A DNA stretch of 64,000 bases, from contig JAIBDF010000001.1 of NCBI GenBank assembly GCA_024679535.1, positions 21,748-85,747 of the forward strand. Direction: 5' to 3'. The notes beneath the pieces are model-generated. The model was given only the letters and a program-made list of their open reading frames with translations. It had not been told where the DNA came from and did not search any database. The translations under genes and the position numbers were made by a program. Shown here piece by piece: positions 21,482-31,860 of the stretch; within the stretch, counting starts at the first letter, position 1; each line of letters starts with the position of its first letter. The DNA comes from Chromatiales bacterium. GTDB taxonomy: Bacteria; Pseudomonadota; Gammaproteobacteria; Steroidobacterales; Woeseiaceae.

Positions 21482-21508
21482 GAACTTATCGCCCTCACAC
21501 CGGTCTAT
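21482..21508 (+). promoter_or_regulatory. putative sigma-E (AlgU/RpoE)-dependent autoregulatory promoter of rpoE
   Basis: GAACTT, then 16 nt, then TCTAT, located 46 nt upstream of the rpoE ATG. The layout matches the GAACTT-N16/17-TCnnA consensus and resembles the algU promoter. Confidence 0.55.
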
Positions 21509-21553
21509 CCCGGTGTCGGCAGGCTGTATGGAAATTCTGGCGAGCAAGCCTGA

Positions 21554-22129
21554 ATGTCGAATCAGTCGTCTGACAAAAAGCTGGTCAAGCGGGTCCAGAA
21601 AGGTGACAAGGGTGCGTTTGATCTGCTGGTGCTCAAATACCAGCACAAGATAGTCAACCTGGTGATGCGTTATGTGCGCGATCCTGACCTGGCGCTCGAT
21701 ATTACGCAGGAGGCGTTTATCAAGGCATACCGGGCTTTACCGAGGTTTCGCGGCGACAGTGCGTTTTACACGTGGATGTATCGCATCGCGGTGAACACGG
21801 CGAAGAACCATCTTGCGGCGCAACGGCGAAGGCCGATGGATGTGGAGCTGGACCTGCAGGACCCGGAGCAATACGACCTGCATGCCAAACTTAAGGAGAC
21901 GGATACTCCGGAGGGAGTGACGCTCAGCAACGAATTGAAGGAAATCGTGGAACGTGCCATCGCAGCGCTGCCGGAAGATCTGAGGACTGCGATCATCCTG
22001 CGCGAACTGGAAGGCATGAGTTACGAGGAAATAGCGCAGACCATGGAGTGTCCGGTTGGCACCGTGAGGTCGAGAATTTTCAGGGCGCGAGACGCGATTG
22101 CAAAAAAAGTCGGTCCGCTGACCCGCTAG
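21554..22129 (+). CDS. rpoE: ECF sigma factor RpoE/AlgU
   Basis: 191 aa. Region 2 (FYTWMYRIAVNTAKN) and region 4 (LRELEGMSYEEIAQTMECPVGTVRSRIFRAR). Followed by rseA/B/C homologs. Confidence 0.95.
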   Translation: MSNQSSDKKLVKRVQKGDKGAFDLLVLKYQHKIVNLVMRYVRDPDLALDITQEAFIKAYRALPRFRGDSAFYTWMYRIAVNTAKNHLAAQRRRPMDVELDLQDPEQYDLHAKLKETDTPEGVTLSNELKEIVERAIAALPEDLRTAIILRELEGMSYEEIAQTMECPVGTVRSRIFRARDAIAKKVGPLTR

Positions 22130-22162
22130 ATGTAAGGGCTGACAAGCCCGTGTGAGTCAATT

Positions 22163-22771
22163 ATGAATGATGCAATAAGAATGCAGATTTCCGCTTTTGT
22201 CGACGGCGAGTTGCCGGAGGCTGAAACAGATCTTCTGCTGCGAAGAATGAGTCAGGATGCCGATCTGAGGAAACAGGCTGCCGAATTCCTGGAGATCGGA
22301 CGCGCCATGCGCGGTGAGCCAGGTGTACCCGGCGTCGAGCGGCTGCAGGAGCGAATCAGTGCGGCGCTGAATGACAGGCCGATGGTGGCTGACGAAGTGT
22401 TGCCGGAGCTGCCATCGGGTCGGTCGATTCGGCCACTGGTTGGCGCGGCGGTTGCTGCGTCGGTTGCCTTGCTGGCTATCGTAGGACTGCAATTCAGTCC
22501 CGGTGTCGACGGGACGGACACTGCGGCACCTGCCAGCGCGGTAGCAGAGGTTGCCGAGGATACGACCTATGTTGTTCCTCCGCGGCCCGTGGATGACCAG
22601 TTGCGGCAGTACGTTATGAGCCATGGCGCATCGACGTCAGAACTCGGTGGCAACAGCATGAATGCTCGCCTCGTCGCGCTGCGACTAAGCGAGGAAGCGC
22701 TGGCCGAGGAAGAATCCGAAGACGAGGCCGTTGACGAAGCGGCTGCCGACCCGATACCAACCCAACCATAG
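22163..22771 (+). CDS. rseA: anti-sigma-E factor RseA/MucA
   Basis: 202 aa. N-terminal ISAFVDGEL sigma-binding domain, a central TM helix (AAVAASVALLAIVGL), and a periplasmic tail. Confidence 0.8.
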   Translation: MNDAIRMQISAFVDGELPEAETDLLLRRMSQDADLRKQAAEFLEIGRAMRGEPGVPGVERLQERISAALNDRPMVADEVLPELPSGRSIRPLVGAAVAASVALLAIVGLQFSPGVDGTDTAAPASAVAEVAEDTTYVVPPRPVDDQLRQYVMSHGASTSELGGNSMNARLVALRLSEEALAEEESEDEAVDEAAADPIPTQP

Positions 22772-23742
22772 TGCCGGCGGATCGTTTGCAAGCACTTGTC
22801 TGGCCCGCTCTCGCGGTGGGCCAGTTGTTTTGCCTATCGGCAGCCATGGCCGAACGTATCGAACCGAACGAGTGGCTCAGCCGCATGGGAGCGGCTGTAC
22901 AGACGACCAGTTACGAGGGTACGGTCATTCGTATCAAGGATGGCAAGGCCGAAGCGCTGAAAGTTGTGCATACGATCAGCGACGGTGTGATTCGTGAGAA
23001 AGTCGTCGCCCAGGAGGGCAACGGTATCGAGATCATTCGCAACGGCAACGAGGTGCACTGTATTCTGCCCGACCGTCAGTCCGTGCTTGTGGAGGAGTGG
23101 GACGATCAGTCCACGCTGTTTTCCACGTTGCCGACAAGCGAGGTTCGCTTTGGCAGCGAATATGACGTCTCAATTGTTCGCGAGGAACGCGTGGCCGGAC
23201 GCCAGACCATCCTCGTTGCGATCCGACCGCATGATGGCTACCGCTATGGGCACCGCATCTGGCTGGATACGGAAACCGCGTTTCCTCTGCAAACTCAGCT
23301 TATTGGCGAGGATGGCGCGGCGCTCGAGCAGGTCAAGTTCGCCGATATCAGCCTGAACAAGGCTATCGAAGCGAGCGCCTTGGCGCCGTCCTACAGCACC
23401 GAGAACTTCCGCTGGCTGACACAGCCGTCACGTCATGTCAGCCATGCACTCGAAACGGACTGGGCAAGTACTGACATGCCGCAGGGTTTCGAGGCAGTCG
23501 CCACGCACGGGGAGACGCTGCCCGGCAGCGATGCGGTTGTGACCCACATCATCTACAGTGATGGTCTCTCGAGCGTGTCAGTATTTATTGCACCGCAGGA
23601 CTCGGCTGTTTCTGATGGTCATTCGAAGGTCGGTGGCTCCAACTCCTTCAGCGCAGTCATCGACGGCCATCGGGTTACCGCTGTCGGAGAGGTGCCCGTC
23701 ATGACCGTCGAGCAAATCGCGACGACGATGATGCGGCACTGA
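22771..23742 (+). CDS. rseB: sigma-E regulatory protein RseB/MucB
   Basis: 323 aa. The GTG start overlaps the rseA stop. Has a signal peptide. YEGTVIRIKDG and the LolA-like fold pattern are typical of MucB/RseB. Confidence 0.85.
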   Translation: MPADRLQALVWPALAVGQLFCLSAAMAERIEPNEWLSRMGAAVQTTSYEGTVIRIKDGKAEALKVVHTISDGVIREKVVAQEGNGIEIIRNGNEVHCILPDRQSVLVEEWDDQSTLFSTLPTSEVRFGSEYDVSIVREERVAGRQTILVAIRPHDGYRYGHRIWLDTETAFPLQTQLIGEDGAALEQVKFADISLNKAIEASALAPSYSTENFRWLTQPSRHVSHALETDWASTDMPQGFEAVATHGETLPGSDAVVTHIIYSDGLSSVSVFIAPQDSAVSDGHSKVGGSNSFSAVIDGHRVTAVGEVPVMTVEQIATTMMRH

Positions 23743-23767
23743 AATCCACCTCCTGTAAACTGCCGCC

Positions 23768-24214
23768 ATGGAACAAAGCCGCGGCCGAATAATCTCAGTT
23801 GCTGACGATCTGTCACACGCTACCGTTGAGGTGGATACTGCGGTATTTTGCCCTCGCTGCGCGAGCGGCAAGGGCTGCGGCGCCGGAATTTTTGGCAGTG
23901 ATCGTGGCCCTCGTCGTCTTGACGCCCTGGTGGTCGGGCAGCTCGAGCTGCATGAGGGAGATGAGGTCCAGCTCGAACTGGCTCCGCAGAGCGTGCTGCG
24001 CGCCGCTCTTATCGTCTATGGGATACCGTTGGCAGCGACGGTGCTTGTGACCGGAATCGCCTATCTCGCGGGCCTCACGGACGTGGAAGCTGTTCTGGCG
24101 GTGAGCGCGGCCGTCGCGGTGAGTGTGATTATCTCTCGACAAAGGCTGCGGCGCTCCGGCTGTCTTCGTCAGTACACGCCAGCTGTTACCGGGCGTCTGG
24201 GCAGGGTGGAATGA
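23768..24214 (+). CDS. rseC: RseC/MucC family protein
   Basis: 148 aa. N-terminal Cys motif CPRCASGKGCG followed by two TM helices. Lies after rseB. Confidence 0.8.
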   Translation: MEQSRGRIISVADDLSHATVEVDTAVFCPRCASGKGCGAGIFGSDRGPRRLDALVVGQLELHEGDEVQLELAPQSVLRAALIVYGIPLAATVLVTGIAYLAGLTDVEAVLAVSAAVAVSVIISRQRLRRSGCLRQYTPAVTGRLGRVE

Positions 24215-24444
24215 GGGCCCTGCAGGTCTATAGCCGCGCGGGCTGTCACCTTTGCGAGGCGTTGCTGGAGGAGCTCAGGCCCCTGATAGAGGGCAAGCTT
24301 ACGCTCGACGTGCGGGATATCGACACTAATCCGGAGTGGCATGAGCGCTGGTTCATGGACATCCCGGTCGTCGAGTACGAGGGCGCATTCGTCTGTATGC
24401 ATTTTCTCGATCACGACGCGATTACAGGTATACTTCGCGGCTGA
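24211..24444 (+). CDS. glutaredoxin-like small protein (DUF836 type)
   Basis: 77 aa. [13 protein letters not shown] CxxC motif and a later IPVVEY string. ATGA overlap with rseC. Confidence 0.6.
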   Translation: MRALQVYSRAGCHLCEALLEELRPLIEGKLTLDVRDIDTNPEWHERWFMDIPVVEYEGAFVCMHFLDHDAITGILRG

Positions 24445-24509
24445 AATTTCCGGCGATTTTTGCCGCTCAAGCTTGTGGTTTAGCCGCTGGCGCCAGGTCC
24501 CCCCTTTTA

Positions 24510-26300
24510 ATGAAGCAGATACGCAACTTCTCGATCATCGCCCATATCGATCATGGCAAGTCCACGCTTGCCGATCGATTTATCCAGCTATGCGGTGGTC
24601 TGGCAGACCGTGAAATGTCGGAGCAGGTCCTCGATTCGATGGATCTCGAGCGGGAACGGGGTATTACGATCAAGGCACAGAGCGTATCGCTCGACTACAC
24701 GGCCAACGATGGGGAGACGTACCAGCTGAACTTCATCGACACGCCGGGTCACGTGGACTTTTCCTACGAGGTATCGCGATCCCTGGCAGCCTGCGAAGGG
24801 GCCTTGCTCGTGGTGGATGCTGCGCAGGGCGTCGAGGCGCAAAGTGTCGCGAACTGCACCACGGCCATCGATCAGGGGCTCGAAGTACTGCCCGTGCTCA
24901 ACAAGATCGACCTGCCTGCGGCTGAGCCGGAGAAGGTCGTTGCCGAGATCGAGGACATTATCGGTGTCGATGCGCAGGATGCGATCCATGTCAGCGCGAA
25001 GACGGGACAGGGCATACCCGAGCTGCTGGAGCAGATTGTCGAACTGATCCCGCCGCCCGACGGCGATCCCGATGGTCCGTTGCAGGCGCTGATCATTGAC
25101 TCCTGGTTCGATAATTACGTAGGTGTAGTGTCGCTTGTTCGCGTTATGAACGGGAAACTGACCAAAGGCAGCAAGATCAAGGTCATGTCTACGGGTGTCT
25201 CGTACAACGCAGATCGGGTCGGCGTGTTCACGCCCAAAATGGAAGATCGGAAGGAGCTTAGGACCGGGGAGGTCGGGTTCGTTATCGCGGCGATCAAGGA
25301 TATTTATGGTGCGCCCGTTGGGGATACACTGACGACGACGAAAAACGCCTGCGAAGACATGCTGCCGGGATTCAAGCAGGTCCAGCCACGAGTGTTTGCT
25401 GGCCTGTTTCCAATCAGCTCCGATGATTATGAGGGTTTCAGAGAGGCGCTGCAGAAATTGCGCCTGAATGACGCGGCCCTGCATTTTGAGCCCGAGACGT
25501 CCGCGGCTCTGGGGTTTGGGTTCCGCTGCGGTTTCCTTGGCATGCTGCACATGGAAATCGTGCAGGAGCGCCTCGAACGCGAATACGACCTCGAACTCAT
25601 AACGACAGCGCCAACGGTTGTGTTCGAGGTTATCGATACGAGCGGCACAGCACTTCACGTCGATAATCCCTCCAAATTACCGCCGGCCAATGAAATCTCG
25701 GAACTGCGCGAACCGATCATCTCAGCCAACATCCTTGTTCCGGAGGCGCACGTTGGTGCGGTTATCAAGCTGTGTATTGAAAAACGCGGCGTGCAAAAGC
25801 AGCTGCGTTACCTTGGTGGGCAGGTTTCGATTGAATACGAATTGCCGCTGGCTGAGGTCGTTCTCGACTTTTTTGACCGCCTGAAATCGGTCAGCCGCGG
25901 GTTCGCGTCGTTTGACTATCATTTCCTGCGGTTTCAGCCGGCGCAGCTGGTGCGACTGGATGTGCTCATCAACACCGAGCGCGTAGATGCTCTGTCGATC
26001 ATCGTTCATAAAGAAAATGTGAGAACTCGTGGACGAGAATTGGTCGAAAAAATGAGAGAATTGATTCCACGGCAGATGTTTGACGTCGCGATTCAGGCTG
26101 CTGTTGGCAGTCAGGTCATCGCGCGCAGCACAGTCAAGGCACTGCGCAAGAATGTGACGGCCAAGTGCTACGGTGGTGACGTCTCGCGTAAACGCAAGCT
26201 GCTGGAGAAACAGAAAGCCGGCAAGAAAAGAATGAAGCAGGTTGGTTCGGTAGAGATTCCGCAGGAAGCATTCCTCGCTGTATTGCGAACAAACAAGTGA
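24510..26300 (+). CDS. lepA: translation elongation factor 4 (LepA)
   Basis: 596 aa. [17 protein letters not shown] and NKIDL GTPase motifs, plus the LepA-specific C-terminal domain. Confidence 0.97.
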   Translation: MKQIRNFSIIAHIDHGKSTLADRFIQLCGGLADREMSEQVLDSMDLERERGITIKAQSVSLDYTANDGETYQLNFIDTPGHVDFSYEVSRSLAACEGALLVVDAAQGVEAQSVANCTTAIDQGLEVLPVLNKIDLPAAEPEKVVAEIEDIIGVDAQDAIHVSAKTGQGIPELLEQIVELIPPPDGDPDGPLQALIIDSWFDNYVGVVSLVRVMNGKLTKGSKIKVMSTGVSYNADRVGVFTPKMEDRKELRTGEVGFVIAAIKDIYGAPVGDTLTTTKNACEDMLPGFKQVQPRVFAGLFPISSDDYEGFREALQKLRLNDAALHFEPETSAALGFGFRCGFLGMLHMEIVQERLEREYDLELITTAPTVVFEVIDTSGTALHVDNPSKLPPANEISELREPIISANILVPEAHVGAVIKLCIEKRGVQKQLRYLGGQVSIEYELPLAEVVLDFFDRLKSVSRGFASFDYHFLRFQPAQLVRLDVLINTERVDALSIIVHKENVRTRGRELVEKMRELIPRQMFDVAIQAAVGSQVIARSTVKALRKNVTAKCYGGDVSRKRKLLEKQKAGKKRMKQVGSVEIPQEAFLAVLRTNK

Positions 26301-26309
26301 GTACGAATA

Positions 26310-27068
26310 TTGATTATTAATCTGGCATTGATTCTGACGGTTTTGACGGCGTTGACGGGTGTCATCGTTGCACTCGACAAGCTGGTCTGGAAAACCGACA
26401 TGGAAGACCCTCGGCAGGCGCCGGGCGGTCAGCGCGTCCTCGTAGAGTACGCGCGCTCGTTTTTCCCGGTGTTGTTGTTTGTTCTTGTTATTCGTTCGTT
26501 CGTCTTTGAACCGTTTCGCATTCCGTCCGGTTCGATGATGCCGACCTTGCTCGAGGGAGACTTCATTTTCGTCAAGAAGTACGCCTATGGTCTGCGCCTG
26601 CCGGTTACCGAGACCAAGGTGATCGAGACCGGCAGTCCCAAGAGGGGCGATGTCATGGTGTTCCGCCTGCCGTCGGATCCGAGCATCAATTACATAAAAC
26701 GCGTTATCGGCCTGCCGGGTGATACCGTCGTGTATGAGCGGCACCGGTTGACCATTAATGGACAACCGGTCGATCTGCAGCGCGACGAAGACAGTGCCTG
26801 GAACGTGCCGCTGTTCGTAGAAGATCTCGATGGCAGGGTGCACGATATCCTGGTCACTAACCCCGATTTTTCGACACGCGACAACACGTACCGGGTGCCT
26901 GACGGACATTTCTTTGTGATGGGCGACAATCGTGATCGTAGTAAGGACAGCCGCTTTATCGGGGCGATTCCCGAGGAGTTTCTGGTCGGCGAGGCGGTTC
27001 GCATCTGGATGCACTTCGTGCCATGGAACATGCCGGACTGGGGTCGGGTAGGTGCGAAAATCCAATAA
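26310..27068 (+). CDS. lepB: signal peptidase I
   Basis: 252 aa with a TTG start. SGSMMPTL (catalytic Ser), KRVIGLPGD (Lys) and GDNRDRSKDSR boxes. Confidence 0.93.
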   Translation: MIINLALILTVLTALTGVIVALDKLVWKTDMEDPRQAPGGQRVLVEYARSFFPVLLFVLVIRSFVFEPFRIPSGSMMPTLLEGDFIFVKKYAYGLRLPVTETKVIETGSPKRGDVMVFRLPSDPSINYIKRVIGLPGDTVVYERHRLTINGQPVDLQRDEDSAWNVPLFVEDLDGRVHDILVTNPDFSTRDNTYRVPDGHFFVMGDNRDRSKDSRFIGAIPEEFLVGEAVRIWMHFVPWNMPDWGRVGAKIQ

Positions 27069-27161
27069 TGTGGTGCCAGTCACTGATTTGACCGGTAAAA
27101 TTGCGTTACGTTAAGCAATGTAGCGCGATGCAAGCGCAGTAGATTGAACGGAGAGGGTTGT

Positions 27162-27557
27162 ATGTCTTTGAATGACTTGGAAAAATGGCGAAATAAGCGC
27201 CAGCAGGCTGGCATGACGACATTGGGCCTGGTTATCCTGCTGATATTCGTCGGGCTCTTCGCCTTCGCCGGTATTCGGTTGACCCCTGTATATCTCAACT
27301 ACATGAAAATCGTCGGCGTTGTGGACGGCGTCGGTCAGGAATTCGATGGTCAAGGTGCGACGCGTGCGGCGATCCGTAACTCCATTGTACGTCGTTTCGA
27401 TGTCGATAGCGTGTCCGTCATCACAGCCAAAGACGTCAAGGTAACCGCGGTTGATGGCGGTTTCGAAGTTGCAGCTACCTATCCGCACAAGTCCCCGTTC
27501 ATTGCCAATATTTCATTCGTGGTGGACTTCGACAAGAGAACGCTAATCCGCCGCTAG
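27162..27557 (+). CDS. DUF4845 domain protein
   Basis: ATG 27162 is preceded by GGAGAGGG. Has an N-terminal TM helix (LGLVILLIFVGLFAFAG). Lies between lepB and rnc, where DUF4845 proteins occur in many gammaproteobacteria. Confidence 0.6.
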   Translation: MSLNDLEKWRNKRQQAGMTTLGLVILLIFVGLFAFAGIRLTPVYLNYMKIVGVVDGVGQEFDGQGATRAAIRNSIVRRFDVDSVSVITAKDVKVTAVDGGFEVAATYPHKSPFIANISFVVDFDKRTLIRR

Positions 27558-27601
27558 CTACCTCTGGCCGCACGGCGGCCCGGCAATAAAGAGCGATAAC
27601 A

Positions 27602-28288
27602 TTGGAAAAGGCCGAGAGCTGGCTCGACAAGACGCTGCACTATCGCTTTCACGATGTGAGCCTGTTGACGCAGGCCCTTACGCACAGAAGCGCGAACGGC
27701 AGCAATAATGAGCGCCTGGAGTTTCTCGGCGACGCCGTCCTTGATTTCGTCATTTCCGATGCCGTATTCGCGCGGCGGCCCGACGCCAGCGAAGGGGATC
27801 TCAGCAAGTTACGCGCATCGCTGGTCAAGGATACTTCGCTTGCAAAGCTGGCAGCCGACCTGGGTGTCGGTGAACACCTGATTCTGGGCAGTGGCGAACG
27901 CAAGACCGGCGGGCATCGTCGCGAGTCGATCCTTGCTGATGCCCTGGAAGCCATTTTCGGTGCCGTCTTCCTGGATTCGGGGTTTGCGGCTGCAACGGAA
28001 ATGATCGAACGCGTTTATGCCCGGCGGCTCGAGGAACTGCCCGATGCAGAAGATTTGCGGGATGCCAAAACACGATTGCAGGAATGGCTGCAGGCACGCA
28101 AGCTTTCCCTACCTGAATATGAGCTTGTTGAGGCTACGGGCAAAGCACACCAGCAGCGCTTCATTGTCTCCTGTACCGTAGGCGAGTTGTCCCAGAGGAC
28201 CGAAGGCGAGTCCACGACGCGGCGCAAGGCAGAACAAAAGGCGGCGCGACAAATGCTCGAAATTTTTGCGGGGAACGGCCATGAGTGA
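27602..28288 (+). CDS. rnc: ribonuclease III
   Basis: 228 aa with a TTG start. ERLEFLGDAVL signature and a C-terminal dsRBD. Confidence 0.95.
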   Translation: MEKAESWLDKTLHYRFHDVSLLTQALTHRSANGSNNERLEFLGDAVLDFVISDAVFARRPDASEGDLSKLRASLVKDTSLAKLAADLGVGEHLILGSGERKTGGHRRESILADALEAIFGAVFLDSGFAAATEMIERVYARRLEELPDAEDLRDAKTRLQEWLQARKLSLPEYELVEATGKAHQQRFIVSCTVGELSQRTEGESTTRRKAEQKAARQMLEIFAGNGHE

Positions 28289-29174
28289 GCACCGCTGCGG
28301 ACTGGTTGCTGTCATAGGGCGACCAAATGTGGGCAAGTCAACGTTGATCAATGCCGTCATGGGTCGAAAGGTCAGCATCGTTACGGCGAAGCCGCAGACC
28401 ACGCGGCACCGAATTCTCGCGGTGCACTCGGATGACAGTGCGCAGATCATTTTCGTCGATACGCCTGGCTTGCATCGCAAGGCTGGCAAAGCGATGAACA
28501 GGATGATGAATCGTACCGCCGCCAATGCCCTTGCAGATGCGGACGTCATTTTATTCGTCACGGAAGCCACCCGCTGGACGACCGAGGACGATGACGTCCT
28601 GAAACGCCTCAAACAGGCCCATGCGCCGGTAGTCGCGGTGCTCAATAAAATCGACAAGGTGCATCCGAAGGAGAAACTTCTGGACGCGCTGGGCTTGATG
28701 GCGGCGCGGCATGACTTCGCCGAGATCATTCCGATCTCAGCGCATAAGCACGACAATCTCGACCAGTTAATGGCCATGCTGCCGAAATTCCTCCCGGAGT
28801 CGCCGCCGCTGTTCCCCGAGGATATGCACACGGATCGCAGCAAAGAGTTCCATGCGGCCGAGGTGATCCGCGAAAAGCTCACGCTGATGCTCCATCAGGA
28901 GCTCCCCTATGGCCTGACCGTGCAGGTCGAGCGTTATATTGCTGACGACAAGGGCGTTACGATAAACGCTGTCATCTGGGTCGAACGTGACAGCCAGAAG
29001 GGGATTGTCGTTGGCAAGAATGGCGGTGTGCTGAAGAAAGTCGGCACGTCCGCGCGCGTCGAACTCAAGGAAATGTTGCACTGCAACGTGCACCTGGAGC
29101 TGTGGGTCAAGGTAAAGAGCAACTGGGCCGACAACGAGAAGGATCTCATGAACCTCGGTTACGAAGCACCCTAG
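28281..29174 (+). CDS. era: GTPase Era
   Basis: ATG 28281 overlaps the rnc stop. GRPNVGKST, DTPG and NKID motifs, plus a C-terminal KH domain. Confidence 0.95.
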   Translation: MSEHRCGLVAVIGRPNVGKSTLINAVMGRKVSIVTAKPQTTRHRILAVHSDDSAQIIFVDTPGLHRKAGKAMNRMMNRTAANALADADVILFVTEATRWTTEDDDVLKRLKQAHAPVVAVLNKIDKVHPKEKLLDALGLMAARHDFAEIIPISAHKHDNLDQLMAMLPKFLPESPPLFPEDMHTDRSKEFHAAEVIREKLTLMLHQELPYGLTVQVERYIADDKGVTINAVIWVERDSQKGIVVGKNGGVLKKVGTSARVELKEMLHCNVHLELWVKVKSNWADNEKDLMNLGYEAP

Positions 29175-29186
29175 CAGCGATCGTCG

Positions 29187-29939
29187 ATGAGCAGGCGCGT
29201 TCAGCAACAGCCGGGTTATGTCCTGCATCATCGGCCATTTCAAGATTCCAGCCAGATACTCGACATCCTGACGCGCGACCACGGCAAGGTGGCCGTCGTG
29301 GCGCGCGGCAGCCGTGGATCCAAGTCCCGCCTGGCCGGCGTGTTGCGCCCGTTCCTGCCACTGCGTGTCTCCTGGGTGGCAAAATCTGATCTCGGCACGT
29401 TGACCGGTGCCGAAGCCTCAGGTGCGCCATCCGGCCTGCGTGGCGACGCGTTGTTGTCGGCGTACTACGTCAATGAACTGATGCTGCACTTTCTGCACCG
29501 GCATGACCCCCAGCCTGAGATCTACGCTCTTTACGAACAGTCGATTCACTCACTATGTAGTACGTCGCAGGTCGCCGCCCACCTGCGGCAGTTCGAACTC
29601 GAGTTCCTCAGCCTGCTGGGTTATGCCCTGAACTTCGATCGTGTCGCGGGCACGCATGACGATGTCGTCCCAGATCGTTACTATGATTACCGGGTTGAGG
29701 ATGGTCCCGTTCCGGTCGATCATACGGAGGGACCGCTCGTATTCAGTGGCGCCACATTACTGGCGATTGCAGCCGCACGGTTCGATGAGCCGGAGGTACT
29801 CCGTGCCGCCAACCGGTTGTTGCGCGACGTTGTTGGTTTTCACCTTGGTGGTAAGGAACTCAAGAGCCGTAAGGTGCTGCTGGAGGTGCATCGGGGTAGA
29901 ATTGCGGCAACCCGGAAAACAGATAAGACGAATGAGTAA
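29187..29939 (+). CDS. recO: DNA repair protein RecO
   Basis: 250 aa. The N-terminal OB-fold pattern ([20 protein letters not shown]) and the era-recO-pdxJ order. Confidence 0.88.
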   Translation: MSRRVQQQPGYVLHHRPFQDSSQILDILTRDHGKVAVVARGSRGSKSRLAGVLRPFLPLRVSWVAKSDLGTLTGAEASGAPSGLRGDALLSAYYVNELMLHFLHRHDPQPEIYALYEQSIHSLCSTSQVAAHLRQFELEFLSLLGYALNFDRVAGTHDDVVPDRYYDYRVEDGPVPVDHTEGPLVFSGATLLAIAAARFDEPEVLRAANRLLRDVVGFHLGGKELKSRKVLLEVHRGRIAATRKTDKTNE

Positions 29940-30672
29940 AGAAACCCCAATATTTCTCGGCGTCAACATAGACCACGTTGCCACGCTCCGGCAGGCGCGT
30001 GGCACGACGTATCCGCGTCCGGCGGAAGCGGCCCATTTGGCGGAGCGGTCCGGTGCCGACAGCATTACGGTGCACCTGCGCGAGGATCGTCGGCATATTC
30101 AGGACCACGACCTCGAGGAGGTCAATGAGGTCATGCGTACACATATGAACCTCGAGATGGCTGTGACCGACGAGATGGTCGCAATCGCGAAGCGCACTAA
30201 ACCGACAGACGTTTGCCTCGTACCCGAAAAGCGCGCAGAGCTGACGACTGAAGGCGGGCTGGATGTTGCCGGCCAGCTGGACAAGGTCCGTGCCGTCTGC
30301 AAGGAACTGGGCGCAGCGGGTATCCGTGTATCGCTATTTATTGATCCGCAGCGCGCCCAACTCGATGCAGCGGTCGCCGCCGGTGCGCCGGTCGTAGAAC
30401 TCCACACAGGACAATATGCGGAATCGGAAGGCACCCGGCAGGCAGATGAGTTGGCGCGCATTAAGGATGCGGCCCGCTATGGGCATGAGCTGGGTCTCGT
30501 GATTAATGCGGGCCATGGCTTGCATTACCAAAACGTCAAACCGATAGCGCGCATCGAACAGATTGTCGAACTCAACATCGGCCATGCCATCATTGCGCGT
30601 GCAGTTTTCGACGGGCTCGGTCCCGCCGTCGCTGAAATGAAGCGCTTGATGCTAGAAGCGCGTGCGGGGTAA
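29932..30672 (+). CDS. pdxJ: pyridoxine 5'-phosphate synthase
   Basis: ATG 29932 overlaps the recO stop. [25 protein letters not shown] and NAGHGL motifs. The longer track ORF from 29641 overlaps recO and is rejected. Confidence 0.93.
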   Translation: MSKETPIFLGVNIDHVATLRQARGTTYPRPAEAAHLAERSGADSITVHLREDRRHIQDHDLEEVNEVMRTHMNLEMAVTDEMVAIAKRTKPTDVCLVPEKRAELTTEGGLDVAGQLDKVRAVCKELGAAGIRVSLFIDPQRAQLDAAVAAGAPVVELHTGQYAESEGTRQADELARIKDAARYGHELGLVINAGHGLHYQNVKPIARIEQIVELNIGHAIIARAVFDGLGPAVAEMKRLMLEARAG

Positions 30673-30679
30673 TCGAGCC

Positions 30680-31072
30680 GTGATATTTGGTATTGGAACA
30701 GACATCGTCGAGCTCAGCCGAATTGAGCAGGTCTACGGTCGCTATGGCGATCACTTCGCCAGGCGTATCCTCATGGAAGAAGAGATGGAGCTGTACCAGC
30801 GCAGCAAGAACCCGGTGCGCTTTCTGGCCATGCGTTTCGCCGGCAAAGAGGCAACGGTGAAAGCGATGGGGACCGGTTTTGCTCACGGTGTGTGGTTGCG
30901 CGACGTGGGAATTCTAAACAATGACTGGGGCAGACCTGTAATAGTCTGGTCCGAGCGGGGCAGTCGAGTCTGCGCGCGCCTCGGCATTGGTAGCGGTCAC
31001 CTTAGTCTCACTGATGACGCCGGCCTGGTGTTGGCTTTCGCGGTTGTTGAACACGCAGAACACAAGGGTTAG
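30680..31072 (+). CDS. acpS: holo-[acyl-carrier-protein] synthase
   Basis: IFGIGTDIVELSRI N-terminus and FAGKEATVKA. GTG 30680 is preferred; GTG 30662 is also possible. Confidence 0.88.
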   Translation: MIFGIGTDIVELSRIEQVYGRYGDHFARRILMEEEMELYQRSKNPVRFLAMRFAGKEATVKAMGTGFAHGVWLRDVGILNNDWGRPVIVWSERGSRVCARLGIGSGHLSLTDDAGLVLAFAVVEHAEHKG

Positions 31073-31080
31073 ACAAACGT

Positions 31081-31860
31081 ATGCACTGTTTTTCATTCGA
31101 TATCGAAACGGTTCCCGACGTTGAAGCCGGGCGCCAACTACTCGAACTGGATGGCCTGTCGGACAAGGACGTTGTAACGGCCATGCTGTTCAAACGCCAA
31201 CAGGCTGTCGGCCACGATTTTCTGCCGTTGCACCAGCATCGTGTCGTGGCTATTTCCATTACGTTTCGGACGGCCGATACGTTCAAGGTCTGGAGTCTTG
31301 GTGACGAGGGTTCCGGCGAAGCCGAACTCGTGAAGCGCTTTTTTGACGGCGTCGACCGCTATACGCCTGACCTGATTTCCTGGAACGGTGGCGGCTTCGA
31401 TTTGCCGGTGCTGCACTACCGCGCGCTCAAACACGGCATCCAGGCGCCGCGCTACTGGGAGAAGGGCGATTCAGATCGTGACTTCAAGTGGAACAATTAT
31501 CTGGCCCGCTACCACTGGCGTCACGTCGATCTGATGGATGTGCTCGCGAACTTCAATAATCGGGCGTTTGCCAAGCTCGATGAAATCGCGGTCATGCTGG
31601 GTTTTCCGGGCAAGCTGGGAATGAGTGGCGATAAAGTGTGGGACAAGTATCTCGAAGGTGGCATCAAGGAGATTCGGGATTATTGCGAGACCGATGTTTT
31701 GAACACCTGGCTGGTATACCTCCGGTTCGAATTTATGCGGGGCAATCTTGATGCTGACGATTTGCAGCGCGAGTATGCGCTGGTGCGCAGCGTGCTGGCC
31801 GGCATGGACGAGCCGCATCTCAATGAATTCCTGCAGGCCTGGCCAGAGTCGAACCAGTAA
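31081..31860 (+). CDS. predicted 3'-5' exonuclease related to the family-B DNA polymerase exonuclease domain (RNase H-like fold)
   Basis: 259 aa. Exo I-like FDIETVPD, Exo II-like SWNGGGFDLPVL and Exo III-like YCETDVLNT acidic motifs. Confidence 0.6.
   Translation: MHCFSFDIETVPDVEAGRQLLELDGLSDKDVVTAMLFKRQQAVGHDFLPLHQHRVVAISITFRTADTFKVWSLGDEGSGEAELVKRFFDGVDRYTPDLISWNGGGFDLPVLHYRALKHGIQAPRYWEKGDSDRDFKWNNYLARYHWRHVDLMDVLANFNNRAFAKLDEIAVMLGFPGKLGMSGDKVWDKYLEGGIKEIRDYCETDVLNTWLVYLRFEFMRGNLDADDLQREYALVRSVLAGMDEPHLNEFLQAWPESNQ

Noticed and set aside
29641-29931. N-terminal extensions offered by the ORF track: for pdxJ (343 aa from 29641), kynA (from 51250), the RND gene (from 54787), ygfZ (from 17204), DUF2062 (from 44512), sdhD (17679), nlpD (8384) and exbB (46720).
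   Set aside because: Each extension overlaps the preceding conserved gene or a divergent gene and has no homology-like sequence. In every case there is an internal start that overlaps or abuts the upstream stop (ATGA/TAATG coupling) or yields a proper signal peptide or N-terminus.
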